Source of the DNA: Octopus vulgaris
Taxonomy: Eukaryota
Direction: 5' to 3'
NCBI GenBank assembly: GCA_951406725.2
Contig: OX597839.1
Coordinates: 12,400,001 to 12,464,000, forward strand
Length of the DNA: 64,000 nucleotides
The notes below the pieces were generated by a model that saw nothing but the letters and a program-made list of their open reading frames with translations, was not told the DNA's origin and did not search any database. Position numbers and translations under genes: made by a program. This document shows, piece by piece, positions 40,085 to 53,149 of this stretch; position 1 is the stretch's first letter, and the number at the start of each line of letters is the position of its first letter.

Positions 40085-40385
40085 GTGGTTAGAGTATTCA
40101 TCTCACTATTATAAGGTTGTGAGTTCAATTCCTGGCATTGAATTGTGTCCTTGTGCAAGACACTCTATTTCATGTTCCTCCAGTTCACTCAGCTGGCAAA
40201 AGTGAGTAGTACCTGTATGTCAAAGGGCCAGCCTTTTCACATTCTGTGCCATGCTGAATCTCCCTGGGAACTATGTTAAGAATACACATGTCTGTGGAGT
40301 GCTCAGCCACTTGCACATTAATTTCATGAGCAGGCTGTTCCACTGATCAGATCAACTGCAACATTTGTTGTAACCAACAGAATAC
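40085..40385 (+). mobile_element. SINE family C copy
   Basis: Colinear with 60442-60768. Confidence 0.85.
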
Positions 40386-40884
40386 CAGTTGTTTTCTATT
40401 AACACAATGCATTATGGGATATTTGTTATATACTTGATGGACAGACATGGGTATAGATTAGCAAAATTTGTAGAGTATTTGATAATATACCACATGGTAT
40501 TTAGTTACATGCCTAAGTGTTCTGAGTTCAGATCCAGCAAGAGGCCAAAGTTGTCTTTCACCCTTTCAGGGTCAATAAAACAAAGTATCAATTAGGTCAC
40601 ATGCACATTTCCTCACTAAATATGAAACCTTGCTCTCCATCTTTAATCTTTTACTTGTTTCAATCATTAGACTGAGGCCATGCTGGAGCACTGTACTGAA
40701 GGGCTTAGTTGCACAACTTGACTCCAGTACTCAATTTTTTATAAAGCCTGGTACTTACTCTATCAATCTCTCTTTGCCAAACTGCTAAGTTACAAGAATA
40801 TAAACAAACTAACACCAGTTGTCAAGCAGTGGAGGAGGAGAAACACATATATACACATATACACACATAAATGTGTGTGTATAT

Positions 40885-40917
<33 letters not shown>

Positions 40918-41967
40918 AGCCTGAGGCTTTAGTAGAAGACACTTACCAAATGTGCCACAATGTGAGACGGAACCTAGAACAATGTGGTTAGGGAGCAAAA
41001 TTCTTCCCACACAGCCATGCCTGCACTTATGACAGAAATTCTTAAACATTTACTATTTATAATTTAATTCACATTCTAAGTATCAATGAAAATAATACAC
41101 CATACTTCTTACTGTGGTAGACTTTAGAAGCAATTTACTTGATCCTGTACTGGCTAAGATACTAAATAAATGGTACATATATCTTGATGTTTTGTATCTA
41201 TGACAGAGTAATTACTTTGTTGCCAGATAAAGAATTTGTACTTTTATTTTGATTTTAAGAGTGGAGCTGCTCTGTAAGTCTAATGGTTAGCACATTTGAC
41301 CGCCCTGCAAGCAAATGATGATGATACAATTTCAAGAATTCCTCAAATTTGAGAATTTATATTAACTTTTGGATTATTGTCAGCAAATGTATACTGATTA
41401 TATACGTACATATGTATATGTGTAAATTTCTGTATGTTTGTGTATGTGTATATATATATGTGTGTGTATATATATATATATATGGGGGGGGGGGTAAACA
41501 CACACACGTACATACATATGTGTGGGTATGTATTTATATATGTACTCTATAAAGATGTATGTGTTTGTATGTATTTGGAATGTGTGTTTGGGATTCATTA
41601 AAAAAAACAAAACAAGACAAAATAAATCAAAGACAAAGAAACAAATATTTCTTTCTTCTTTTTGCTATTTTTTACTACAATTTTGAAGCAGGATTGTAAA
41701 AGTGAAGAAGTATAAATCAACAAGAAAAACAAAGACTATACACATTTCTTTCTCTCTAAAAATATAAAATCACCATAAAAACAAATGATGAAAAAAAAAA
41801 AATGTAAAACGAAAGAAAGCAATAGAAAACTAACAAACGCTGTTCGAAAAATCAGAATTCCCCACTATACTCTTCTAAAGAAAATAGTAGATAAATAAAT
41901 AAAAAATCTATTTAGGAAGACTGCAGTGAAATATAAATACATACATACATACATACATGCATATATA

Positions 41968-42222
41968 TCATCATCATCATCATCATCATCATCATTTAGC
42001 ATCCGCTTTCCATGCTAGCATGGGTTGGACGGTTCAACTGGGGTCTGGGAAGCCAGAAGGCTGCACCAGGCCCAGTCTGATCTGGCAATGTTTCTACGGC
42101 TGGATGCCCTTCCTAACGCCAACGACTCCGTGAGTGTAGTGGGTGCTTTTTTACGTGCCAGACGGGGCTGGCAAACGGCCACGGTCGGATGGTGCTTTTT
42201 ACGTGCCACCTGCACGGGGGCC
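41968..42222 (-). mobile_element. RTE LINE 3'-UTR fragment with (CAT)n tail
   Basis: Reverse complement of 25330-25570. Confidence 0.9.
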
Positions 42223-43324
42223 AATATATATATATATTTGTGTGTGTGTGTATGCATACATCTGTGTGTGTGTATGTTTGTATGTACATGATACAATTAT
42301 GCCACACAGTGAGAATGAGTGCTCAATATTGCATTTGGTGGATAGATATGTTCTTAATGTGTAGATTAACAATGTCACCAATGGTTTCATACAGAGAATT
42401 CTGCAGTTTTCCAGGCATCCTCTTAAGCATTTTGATAGTCCATCCCTATGTTGGATGAAGCTATGAAATTTTATTGAACTAGAGATTTTATGGAAGATAT
42501 TATGTAATTTTTGAAAGAGATTTTATGGGACTTCAAGCATTGTTTTGATATGGGAATGGATATTAGATTCTTGTATGCACATGTATATGTATGTACTGTT
42601 GAAAGGAAGACTAAATGACATCCACACATTACCATAGTTTCACTCAAGACCACAATTGTCTGGGCAATGTCCAGACTGAATAAAGATCATGTCAACAATT
42701 CCAGTCCCACATTGTTTCAATCATTAGACTGAGGCCATGCTGGAGCACTGCATTGAAGAGCTTAGTTACACAACTTGACTCCAGTACTCAATTTTTTATA
42801 AAGCCTGGTACTTACTCTATCAATCACTCTTTGCCATACTGCTAAGTTACAAGAACATAAACAAACCAACACCAGTTGTCAAACAGTGGTGGAGGACAAA
42901 CACATATACATACACATATATATATAAGCTTATTGAGAACATGTACACAACTTTTCATTAAAATACATTTGTGTTTTACTAGATAAAAGTTGTTTTATTA
43001 GATTACCATATATACCCTTAAATAATTCTTGCACCATGTATGTATGTATGTATGTATGTATGTATGTATGTATGTATGTTTGCATATGTATACAATTATA
43101 TATATGTAAGAATGTATGTATACATACACATACACACTCACACACCTTCCACCTGGCTTTTATGTCTGGCAAATTTCAAATGGTAAACACTTCAGCTCTT
43201 GACATTCCTTAACTCTTCACCATTTTGTTTAGATCATGGTTCTGGTCTGGCTCCTGGAATATCTTAATTTCATCAGTTCTCTTTTAGACACACACACACA
43301 CACACACATATACATATATATATA

Positions 43325-43416
<92 letters not shown>

Positions 43417-43417
43417 A

Positions 43418-43457
<40 letters not shown>

Positions 43458-43663
43458 ATAGTGAGAGAGAGAGATAACTACATACATACATAGATATATC
43501 ACAGTAGACCATTGAGGTACCAACAGTTGCAGTATGGAGGAGAGAGTGAGAGAGAGAGGTAACACATGGATGGAGGAGTGGGGACAGTAGTAACAGATAG
43601 AGGAGGACTAGATGGTGGTAAGAGCTGAATGGAGGAGCGGGAGAGAGAGAGAGAGAGAAAACA

Positions 43664-43775
43664 CATTGGGCTGTGAATGACATCATTGGATTATAGGATG
43701 TGTGCATTTCTGCATTCTCTCACATCATCAGTTGATGACGTGGAAGAATGCAGAATTGTAATTCACAGTCTAATG
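43664..43775 (+). other. Long imperfect hairpin
   Basis: Inner ttctgcattct c tcacatcatca gt tgatgacgtgg a agaatgcagaa. Outer cattgggctgtgaatgaca / tgtaattcacagtctaatg. Confidence 0.7.
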
Positions 43776-44040
43776 ACGTCATTTATGACCAAATGTATTT
43801 TCGCACATCGTTTAGACAGAATTTTCTCTGGGGACTATTTCTGCAGCAGAAGCTCTTTCCATGTCTGAGTGTGGCTGAGCATGTTAAATGTAACTTTATA
43901 AGAATACATATTTATGCATTGATTATTAGCGATGGAAGCAGTATTAATACCAAAGGTAATCTTTGATGTCCACCTTAACATAAATGCCTTGTTAGAACAC
44001 TGAATACAACGTTAGTAACTGAGAGAGAACCTCTCATTAA

Positions 44041-44260
44041 CCCTTTCATGATCAACCCGGCTGAAACCGGCTCTGGCTCTGAGTATAAATGTCTTGTTTT
44101 CATAAGTTTTGAATTAAAATCTTCCACCAAACCGTAGACACAATTTATGTTCCTAACACCAGCTGAATGATAACTGAGTTATTTTACTAAATTCTTTGTT
44201 ATATTTAAAGTAATTGAAAGAAACATAGGGCATCCCAAAATAAATACGGTAACGAAAGGG
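44041..44260. mobile_element. piggyBac-type MITE (second family)
   Basis: ttaa|ccctttc..gaaaggg|ttaa. Highly similar to 54218-54439, with older copies near 2935-3145 and 36270-36482. Confidence 0.85.
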
Positions 44261-44719
44261 TTAAGGTGCGTGGTGCATAAAAGCATATATGTAGATCGCA
44301 GCAGAAAAAATCCGTTTGTCATGGGTACTGAAATCACATGATATGGGGAATTCTGGCACCCATGACAAATGAATTTCATTTGCTACGATCTGTGTGCCTT
44401 CATGTACCAAGTACCTATATGAGTGGTTCTCTCAAGGCTAGTAATGCAGTGTTTGGTGTTGTAACAAAGCAACCATGCCAAGCTTGATGTAAAGATTACC
44501 CTTATATATTTATACATTTATGATAGTATTGAACACAGAGCAGAGTTTGCAACGCCACATTTGGTGGATAAATATTCCTTGTTTGTGAACTAACAATGCT
44601 ATACCAATGGTTTTAAGTGGATCGTTTGAAGATTGTGGAAATCTTTTCCATGTAAAATTATTGATAGCATTGTTAAATTGGTAATCCACAAATAAAGAAT
44701 ATATATATATATATATATA

Positions 44720-44915
44720 CATACCGGAGTAAACACATAAATGTGAAACAAGGTGGAAAAAAGAGTACTCAAATACCAGAGGTAGAGTAATATGCTTTAT
44801 TTAAAAGCAGCAGGAATTTAACAAAAGCTATTACTCAGAGTTTCATGTTCCCGTTCGTCGGACAGTTTTGTTAAAATGGAACCGAGATGACAATTTAACA
44901 AAACTGTCCGACAAA
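44720..44915 (-). mobile_element. (TA)n-flanked element with hammerhead and partial inverted duplication (pLTR-like)
   Basis: Unique island between TA tracts. 19-bp perfect inverted repeat 44857-44875 / 44894-44912 overlapping the hammerhead 5' end. Confidence 0.65.
44828..44865 (-). ncRNA. Minimal hammerhead ribozyme, U4C core variant
   Basis: rc: CUGU-CCGACGA-ACG GGAA CAU-GAAA-CUC U GAG-UA/AUAG. Confidence 0.6.
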
Positions 44916-45724
44916 ATATATATATATATAAATATATGGATGCATTTACTGAAGTTTCTTCATTCAAAGCTAATGATTCACTCCATTGCTAGCCTGAGTA
45001 TCTTGCTTGTATGCCATTCATTCAAGCAACAAACAGAAAATAATAGGAGTATGCTAGAAAGCTGAAGAAAACAGAATAGGGACTATGATGATGATGATGA
45101 TGACTGTGGTGGTCATGATAACAATAATGATAATGATGTTTTTTATGATGTTGATGATTACGATGATGTAGTTGTACATTTCTCAGATAATAATGATGTT
45201 GGTGATGACAATGTTGATAACAAAAGGATAGATGGATGTTTAAAACTGTGAGGACGATGACAGATGACAAGCCAATTGTAGTGATGATGTTGACTGTGTT
45301 CGTAATGTTGATATGGATGATAATAATGATGTGATGATGATGACTATGATAGTGTTGGTAATAACGATAATGACAATAATGATGATGATGAGGGTTACAA
45401 TGATGATGATGATGATAATGGTGGTGGAGGTGGTAGTGGTGTTGGTGACGATGATAAATGATGTTTTAAGAGACTATTTGATGAGATAATTATCCTATTA
45501 GCTTTAAGGGTAAGTAGTGGCACAGGTTAGGAGTGAGTGGCATGGATGAGAGGAGAAAACAATTACAGTGAGAAGTTGAAATATTTTATTTGTCTGATAT
45601 GATATTGTAGAGGGAGAGAGGTGAAGAGCAGGAGAAGGAGATGAGGACAGAGAAAGAGAGAGGGAGCGAGTGTTGGTGTCTTGGAGAGACGCAAAGTGAC
45701 GTGTGTGCATTTGTATGTGTTTGC

Positions 45725-45759
<35 letters not shown>

Positions 45760-45936
45760 CATGTTAATATTTGTATTTATATATATGTGTGTGTATGTAT
45801 GTATGTGTGTATATATATATATAGAGAGAGAGAGTGAGAGAGATGGAAAGATATTTATCTATAAGTGCTTACCATAAACCTATTCCACAAAAAATATGTG
45901 CTGTTTATACAATAAAAAGTCTGTGACAGCCACCGC

Positions 45937-46044
45937 CTAGCTGGTAAACCACCCCTAATTTCTACACTAGCTTGTAAATTACCACTCATTCTTGCCCCAG
46001 CTGGCGTGTTGTCCCTCATTCTTGCCCTAGCTGTTAAATTTATC
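45937..46044. repeat. 30-bp minisatellite, ~3.6 units
   Basis: ctagctggtaaaccacccctaatttctaca / ctagcttgtaaattaccactcattcttgcc / ccagctggcgtgttgtccctcattcttgcc / ctagctgttaaatt. Confidence 0.75.
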
Positions 46045-47052
46045 TTTATTTTCCTGTTAATCTAGTCTATGATGCATTTTAAATTAGTTTCTCTTAAGCA
46101 ATCTTGCCCTCACTTCCAAAAGGAAAAAAACTGCATTTAATTACTCAGAGGCATTGTTCACATCAAAAAAATAATAGTTAAGCTACTGTTAGCATATTTA
46201 ATGTAGTGTGCAACAAATATCTAATTAGAAATAATTGTATTGTGAGGTAAAAACATTAGCTCAATGACTAAATGATATTTTGATTATTTCTAGTAAGTAT
46301 GGGAGACAATTCTGGAAATGTTTCAGTCTTATTAGATGTTGTCAGCAAAGCATAGACTTCACTGTTCTTGCTGAAATAGTTATGGAGTTTGGAATGCTCA
46401 AGTGCAGGCATAGCCAACCATGTGCTTTGTAACGATGGGAAACCAGGCTCGATCCCACTGCATGGTACCTTGGGCAAGTGTTTCCTACATGAAGAAGACA
46501 TCCTTTGTATAATTGCTCCTAAAAACTATAAGAACCATTTATAAATGCAGAAAGATCTTTCAGTTAATATATATATATATCATTATCCTCATCATTTAAT
46601 GTCTATTTCCCAAGCTGGCATGGATTGAATTGCTCGACAGAATCTGATGGGTCCAGGGACTGCATCATGCTCCAGTGCCCACTTTGGCATGGTTTCTACA
46701 GCTAGATGTTCTTCCTAAAGCCAACCACTTAACAGTGTGAGCTGGGTGCTTTTTCCATGGGGTTACCATGCAGCTAGCAAGTGTACAAAATCTGAGGATG
46801 GTGAAAGCATTCTTATGTTAGGTGGGGCTAAAGTATGAGAGAAGTTGGGGTAGAGCTACATTGCTATTTACATTTAAGGGACAGAGTGAGAAAGAATTGG
46901 TGGTTGGGTGGTGGTTTGCAAGAGTTTAGGGACAAGGGAGAGAGAGAAGAAATGGGAGAGAGGAAGATAGGCAACACCTGTAAAAACTAGGAAGGGGTTA
47001 AGTGGGAGGAGGTACATGAGATGAGGAAGCTAGAGGGATGCTAGCAGCAGGT

Positions 47053-47109
<57 letters not shown>

Positions 47110-47439
47110 TAATGAAATATATACATGTACTTTCGTCTTTTATCTTTTACTTGTTAGTCATTAGACTATGGCCATGCAGGAGCATCTCTTTGAAGAATTT
47201 TTAGAAAATCAATTGACCCCAGTACTTTTTTTGTTTTTAAAACTGGTACTTATTATATCAGTCTCTTTTGTTGAACTGCTAAGTTGTGAGGGCATAAACA
47301 CACCAACACCAGTTGTCAAGTGGTGGTGTGGGACAAACACAAGCATAGCAGCCAGGGGTTATAGTAAGAGACACTTGTCCAAGGTTCTACACAGTGGGAC
47401 TAAACTCAAAACTAGGTGTGTGTTGTTTGTGCATGTACA

Positions 47440-48009
<570 letters not shown>

Positions 48010-48012
48010 TAT

Positions 48013-48676
48013 ATCATCATCATCATCATCATTGTTTAATGTCCGTTTTTCCATGCTGTCTTGGGTTGGACGGTTTGACTGGGGAGTGGCAAGTCAGGAG
48101 GCCACACCTGGCTTCAATCTGATCTGGCAATGTTTCTACAGCTGGATGCCCTTCCTAATGCCAACCACTCTGAAAGTGTAGTGGGTGCTTTTTATGTGCC
48201 ACCAGAATGGGAGTCAGTCAGGCAGCACTGGAATCGGCCACGTTCAGATGGTGCTTTTTACATGCCATCGGCACAGGAGCCAGTCGGGGCCGGGGTCCTG
48301 CATTGACCATGTTTGGATGGTGCTTTTTACATGCCACTGGCATGGGGAGCCAATCAGGCCGCACTGGCAACAACCCATGCATGAATGTTGCTTATTGTGT
48401 GCCACCAGTATGGGAACCAGTCAGGCAGCACTGGCATTGGCCACAACTACAATTTCCATTTGATTGTGATTTGATTTGATTTTGATTTTGATTTACTAGA
48501 CTCAATAGGTCTCCTCAAGCATGGCATATCGCTCGACGACCCAAAGGCACTTTTTAAGTGAGCTGGTTTTGCGACACTGGTGTAGGCTATAGCTGTGATT
48601 TCACTTTACTTGCTGGGTCTTCTCAATCACAGCATGTCTCTAGAGGTCTTGGTCTTTCATCATTGCCTCTGTGAGA
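48013..48676 (-). mobile_element. RTE LINE 3' fragment (end of ORF plus full 3' UTR)
   Basis: rc ctcacagaggcaatgatgaaagaccaagacctct matches 25018-25052. Four internal ~65-bp repeat units and a (CAT)n tail. Confidence 0.9.
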
Positions 48677-49503
48677 AGAATTAAAATATAGTATATCTAG
48701 TATACATTACATATAGCTGCTATTTAGCTCTAATTTGGCAAGTTAGCTCTAAGCCAGGAGACCTATCATTACAGATGTTCCATCCATGACAATCCTGTTT
48801 ATTGCATGCACTGTACATAAGAGTACATTATTTAATGTGTCCTGCATTAAGGTTTGGTTTGAGGGAGATTTTGCTGCTATATCTAGCATGCTGAATGATT
48901 TCACAGCTTTCAGTCAATGGCTTGTGGCAAACCTTGGCAATGCTTTCAGGTGTTATATGTCACCATTCCTTACTTCGTTAGCAGCAATATCAGGTAAAAT
49001 TAATTATTAAGACAAATAAACAAAACATACACCATATTAGGTCTCTCTATTTCTCTCTCTCTCTCTCTCTTCTTTCTTCCAGCACTAATTGATTTAGCAT
49101 CTGTAGAAGAAAGCAGATTGGAGAGAGAGAAAGACAGACAGACAGACATACAGAGTGGTGGTGGTGGGGAAGAAGAAGAAGAAGGAGAAACAAAAAAAGA
49201 TGGAAACAAAAAATAAGTAAAACATGTGCCATCAAACATAAGTTGCCCTTTAAATGGAGTCCCAGAGCAATATATAAAAACTGAAAAGAGATATCCCTCA
49301 TCCACACTCATCTCCCAAAGTAATGCCATGGAAAACCCCTACACAAACGTCATCTAAAACGTCATTAAGTTAATGAAGGTGACTCTTTTTAGTTGTTCAG
49401 TCTGTCAGAAATAGACAAAGTAGCGACAGATAGATGGATAGATAGATAAAAATACACTTTATCTACCAACCCGGCTATCTATCTGTCTATCTTTCTATCT
49501 ATA

Positions 49504-49538
<35 letters not shown>

Positions 49539-50119
49539 ATTATCTATCTATCTATCTAGCTAACTGTCTGTCTGTCTGATTAAGAAGAATTTTTTGCTGC
49601 CACCACCACCACCAACAACACCATCAACATCATCAACAACACTGTCATCATCAACATCACATCCACCCTCATCATTATTGCCAGAACCAGCAGCTTTACA
49701 AATTTCAATATCATTATCACCATCACTATCATCATCATTACCACCAACACCACCATCAACAACAACAACAACAACACAGACCTAATCTCCAGAACTGAGA
49801 GTGGAATATTCTCATATTTTCTTTTCACATACACACCCACCCACACACACAAAGACAGCCACACATGTACACTCATTTCTTCCACCCCTAAGACAAACCA
49901 TCTCAGTTACATTGCCGAAACCCAATCTACACAGCAATTGGAAAGCAATGCTACAAATGATAATGTTGATGATGGTAGTGGTAAAGTTAGTGGTGGTGAT
50001 GGTGGTAGTTGTTATAATTATAGTGCTAACAGATTTAAGGGTGTCGTCTTTGCTTCATATACTTAATTGTTTTGTACATTAAGTGAAAAGCTTTACCTTT
50101 GCATATATATATATATACA

Positions 50120-50695
50120 CAGGGTGTGGTGAATAAACTGTCATCTAAATTACGCAAAAATGAAAATAATTTTAACAGATATATTTACTGAAATTACAGA
50201 AAAATATCTTGAAATACTTGAGAAAATTTATTCAATAAAATCGTCATTGGTTTCAATATTGGCTTCCAGACGACTTCAGAATTTCTTGCAACTCTTCCGA
50301 ACAGTTTACCTGTTTAAGTTGGTGAATGCTACCACATTCCTTGCCTTTAGTTCATCTTTGGTGTTACAAGGTGATTTGTTGGTCTCTCGCTCAACTGTAC
50401 CCTACACATAATAATCAAGGGGGTTGCAATCTGGGGAGTTAAGTGGCCAGATGTTATGGGTGATGTGGTTGCAGAAATTGTCTGACAGCCGTAACTGGGT
50501 TCACCTGCATGTGTAGCATAGTTCAGAGTCCTGTTGCCAGATATAGGGTCTTCCAGCAGCCACCCTCTTGACCCAGGGCAGCACTACCTCCTCCAGGCAC
50601 TTGATGTAGGCCTCCGTGTTGATTCTGAGGCTGTGTGGGAATATGAATGGCGGCATCAATAGTGATCACTCCAAACACCATGATGTTTGGAGTGA
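50120..50695 (-). pseudogene. maT-type (DD37D) Tc1/mariner transposase C-terminus plus one TIR
   Basis: rc translation MVFGVIT..MPPFIFPHSLRINTEAYIKCLEEVVLPWVKRVAAGRPYIWQQD-x37-D (..IWPLNSPDCNPLDYYV*G). Terminus cagggtg next to a TA run. Confidence 0.9.
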
Positions 50696-50708
50696 TATAT
50701 TTAAACAA

Positions 50709-51070
50709 CTCCGCTGGTCATGAATGATCGTGGGTGCACCAAGCAGTTCCCCTCCAGGGTACAAGTCTAGGTGGAGAGTTGCCTCACTGGCAAACACACA
50801 ACCTAAGGTTGTTTTTATGGAAGACCAGCAGTCACCCATGCATACCAGCCTCCTCTCTCTATGCCACTGATGCTATCCAAGGGAAAGGCAAAGGCTGATA
50901 CAGCTTCACACCAGTGATGTTGTAACTCATTTCTACAGCTGAGTGAACTGGAGCAACATAAAATAAAGTGTCTTGCTCAAGAACACAACACGCAGCCTGG
51001 TCCTGGAATCGAACTCACAAACTCATGATTGTAAGCTCGACACTCTAACCACTGCTCCACGCACCTTCAC
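50709..51070 (-). mobile_element. SINE with family C head and a third tail type
   Basis: rc head gaaggtgcgtggagcagtggttagag..gagttcgattcc..ttgtgttcttgagcaagacact. The tail is unlike the other C copies. Confidence 0.8.
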
Positions 51071-51254
51071 ACAATAAAATGTGGGATGGTCATCACTGGA
51101 ACACCTTTGATCATAGCTTTGGCTGAGTCAGGACAGATTTGGGGTTAAACAACAGCAACTACTATAGCCACTAACACTAACCATAGAATAGATAATGTAG
51201 TCCTAGATACACTGAGTCTGAATAAAATGTAGGATTATCATGGCATAGCCTGGA

Positions 51255-51575
51255 GATCAGGGAGTATTATGTTGAGTGATGACTTCTACTACGAGATTAC
51301 AGCTCTGGTACTATGGACATATGATTACAATGTCATAGAAAAGAATCACTAGATGGATTCTTCCTACTAAGCCAACTGACAGGAGGCCTGCGAGTAGACC
51401 AAGAATGAAAAAGTTGGATAATATTCATAATCTCAGTTGGCCATGCTTAAGAATCCATCCAGAAAGTCTAATGATAAGCTGCTTCTGATGAGATTCCTAT
51501 GGAGGAGGTGTCTGAGGATTTTATCCCCAATACCCTCTCAAGAATAGAGGCAGAGAGCATAGATGGATAGATTGA
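51255..51575 (+). pseudogene. Decayed RTE-clade LINE 3' end
   Basis: LQLWYYGHMITMS*KRITRWILPTKPTDRRPASRPRMKKLDNIHNLSW (cf. QLRWFGHV.RM..R..RPRGRPR.RW.D). Confidence 0.7.
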
Positions 51576-53149
51576 TGAAACATCTTTGAGCATAATTCTG
51601 GCTAGATCAAAACTGACTTGGGACCAGCCTACAAAGACTGCAATAAGGACATACAGGAAAATGTATATGGAACCCCATCGGTTACAATGATGAGGGTTCT
51701 AGTTGATCTGATCAATAGAACAGTCTGCTATGAAATTAATGTGCAAGTGGATGAGCTCTCCACAGATAAGTGTGAACTAACGTAGTTCTCAGGGAGGTTC
51801 AGCATGACGCAGAATGTGACAAGGCTTGCCCTTTGACACACATGTACAACTTTCACCAGCTGAGTGGACTGGAGCAATGTAAATAAAGCATCTTGCTCAA
51901 GGACACAATACACTGCCAGGTATTGAATTCATGACCTTACAATCTTGAGCCAAATATCCTGACCACTTAGCTATGCACCCTCACAAGACAACGTATATAC
52001 AACAAGACTGGATAGTCACAATTGGAACTATCTTTGATCCCAGATCAGCAGGAACAATAAATTGTAGTGTTGACTAATGGGAGGTGCATAATCTAGGGTA
52101 AGGGTCCCCATTCACCAAGCCATGGATAATTAGGTACTGGGCTGCACAGAAAAATAATTTTTTAACTGTTATTTCTATTTTATTGACTATCACAACCTGC
52201 AGGGTGTTTTGTATTATATATGTATTATATATATAGTGGAGGTTCAAGGCTTAGATTGTGGTTTTGATTCTTGGCCTGGGTGGTGCATTGTGTTCTTGAG
52301 CAAAAACCTTCATTTCATGTTGCTCCAGTCCACTCAGCTGGTAAAAATGAGTAATCCTGTGGTGGACTGGCATCCCTTCCAGAAAGGAATATATATGCCA
52401 GAGAAACCCGGAAACTGGTCCTATGTTCCTCATGAAACAATGTGGACTAATTGTATATCTAATAATTAAACTATATATTATGCACTTTGTGTTTTGTTCC
52501 ATGAATGATTCGTTGGTCTGTGGAAAATTTGTCTTGCATGAAATCAGTCAACAATGTAAAAACGTTTGGAGACTGCTGGTCTGGAGGAGTTGAGTGAGAG
52601 ACACAGGATCAAATCCTGGATTAGAATATACTGAAACCTTTCAGCAGCCAACTGAGTAACCATGGAAACATCTTTAGAAAGTAATTAAAATAAAAAATAA
52701 AAATAAAGAAAAGTAGAGGCGAGCAAAAAGAACAAGTTAGCAATCCAGCTACTTTGGTTAGCAGAAACTACTCCTACACACATATAAACAGCAGTAGTAG
52801 TAGTAGAAGTAGTTGTAGTAGTTGTGGTGGTAACATCTGGGAATGTATCATTCTCCTGCAAAGAACAGTCTAGAAGTATTGAAATACCAAAGACCAACAA
52901 CAACAGTATCAGAGACAAGAATAGCTACAATAACGGTAAGAACAATAATAACAACAATAAAAGCCACTGTAACAACAACGACAGTAACAACAATAATAAG
53001 GTCACTGACATTACACTTGGCTTTGGTTAGCAGTTACATTGTCTGACAAAAGACAATTGGAGAGTATGCAGAATAAAATAAAACACCCTGAGTTCTCAAA
53101 AATACTTTCATCATCACCATCAACAGAACCACCATCACTATTACTATGA

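Noticed and set aside
45937-46044. CRISPR-like periodicity
   Set aside because: Contiguous tandem units without unique spacers, eukaryotic context and no cas genes.
49594-49785. Ser/Thr/Pro mucin-like ORF
   Set aside because: (CAA/CAT/CAC)n low-complexity tract, short, with no convincing splice sites.
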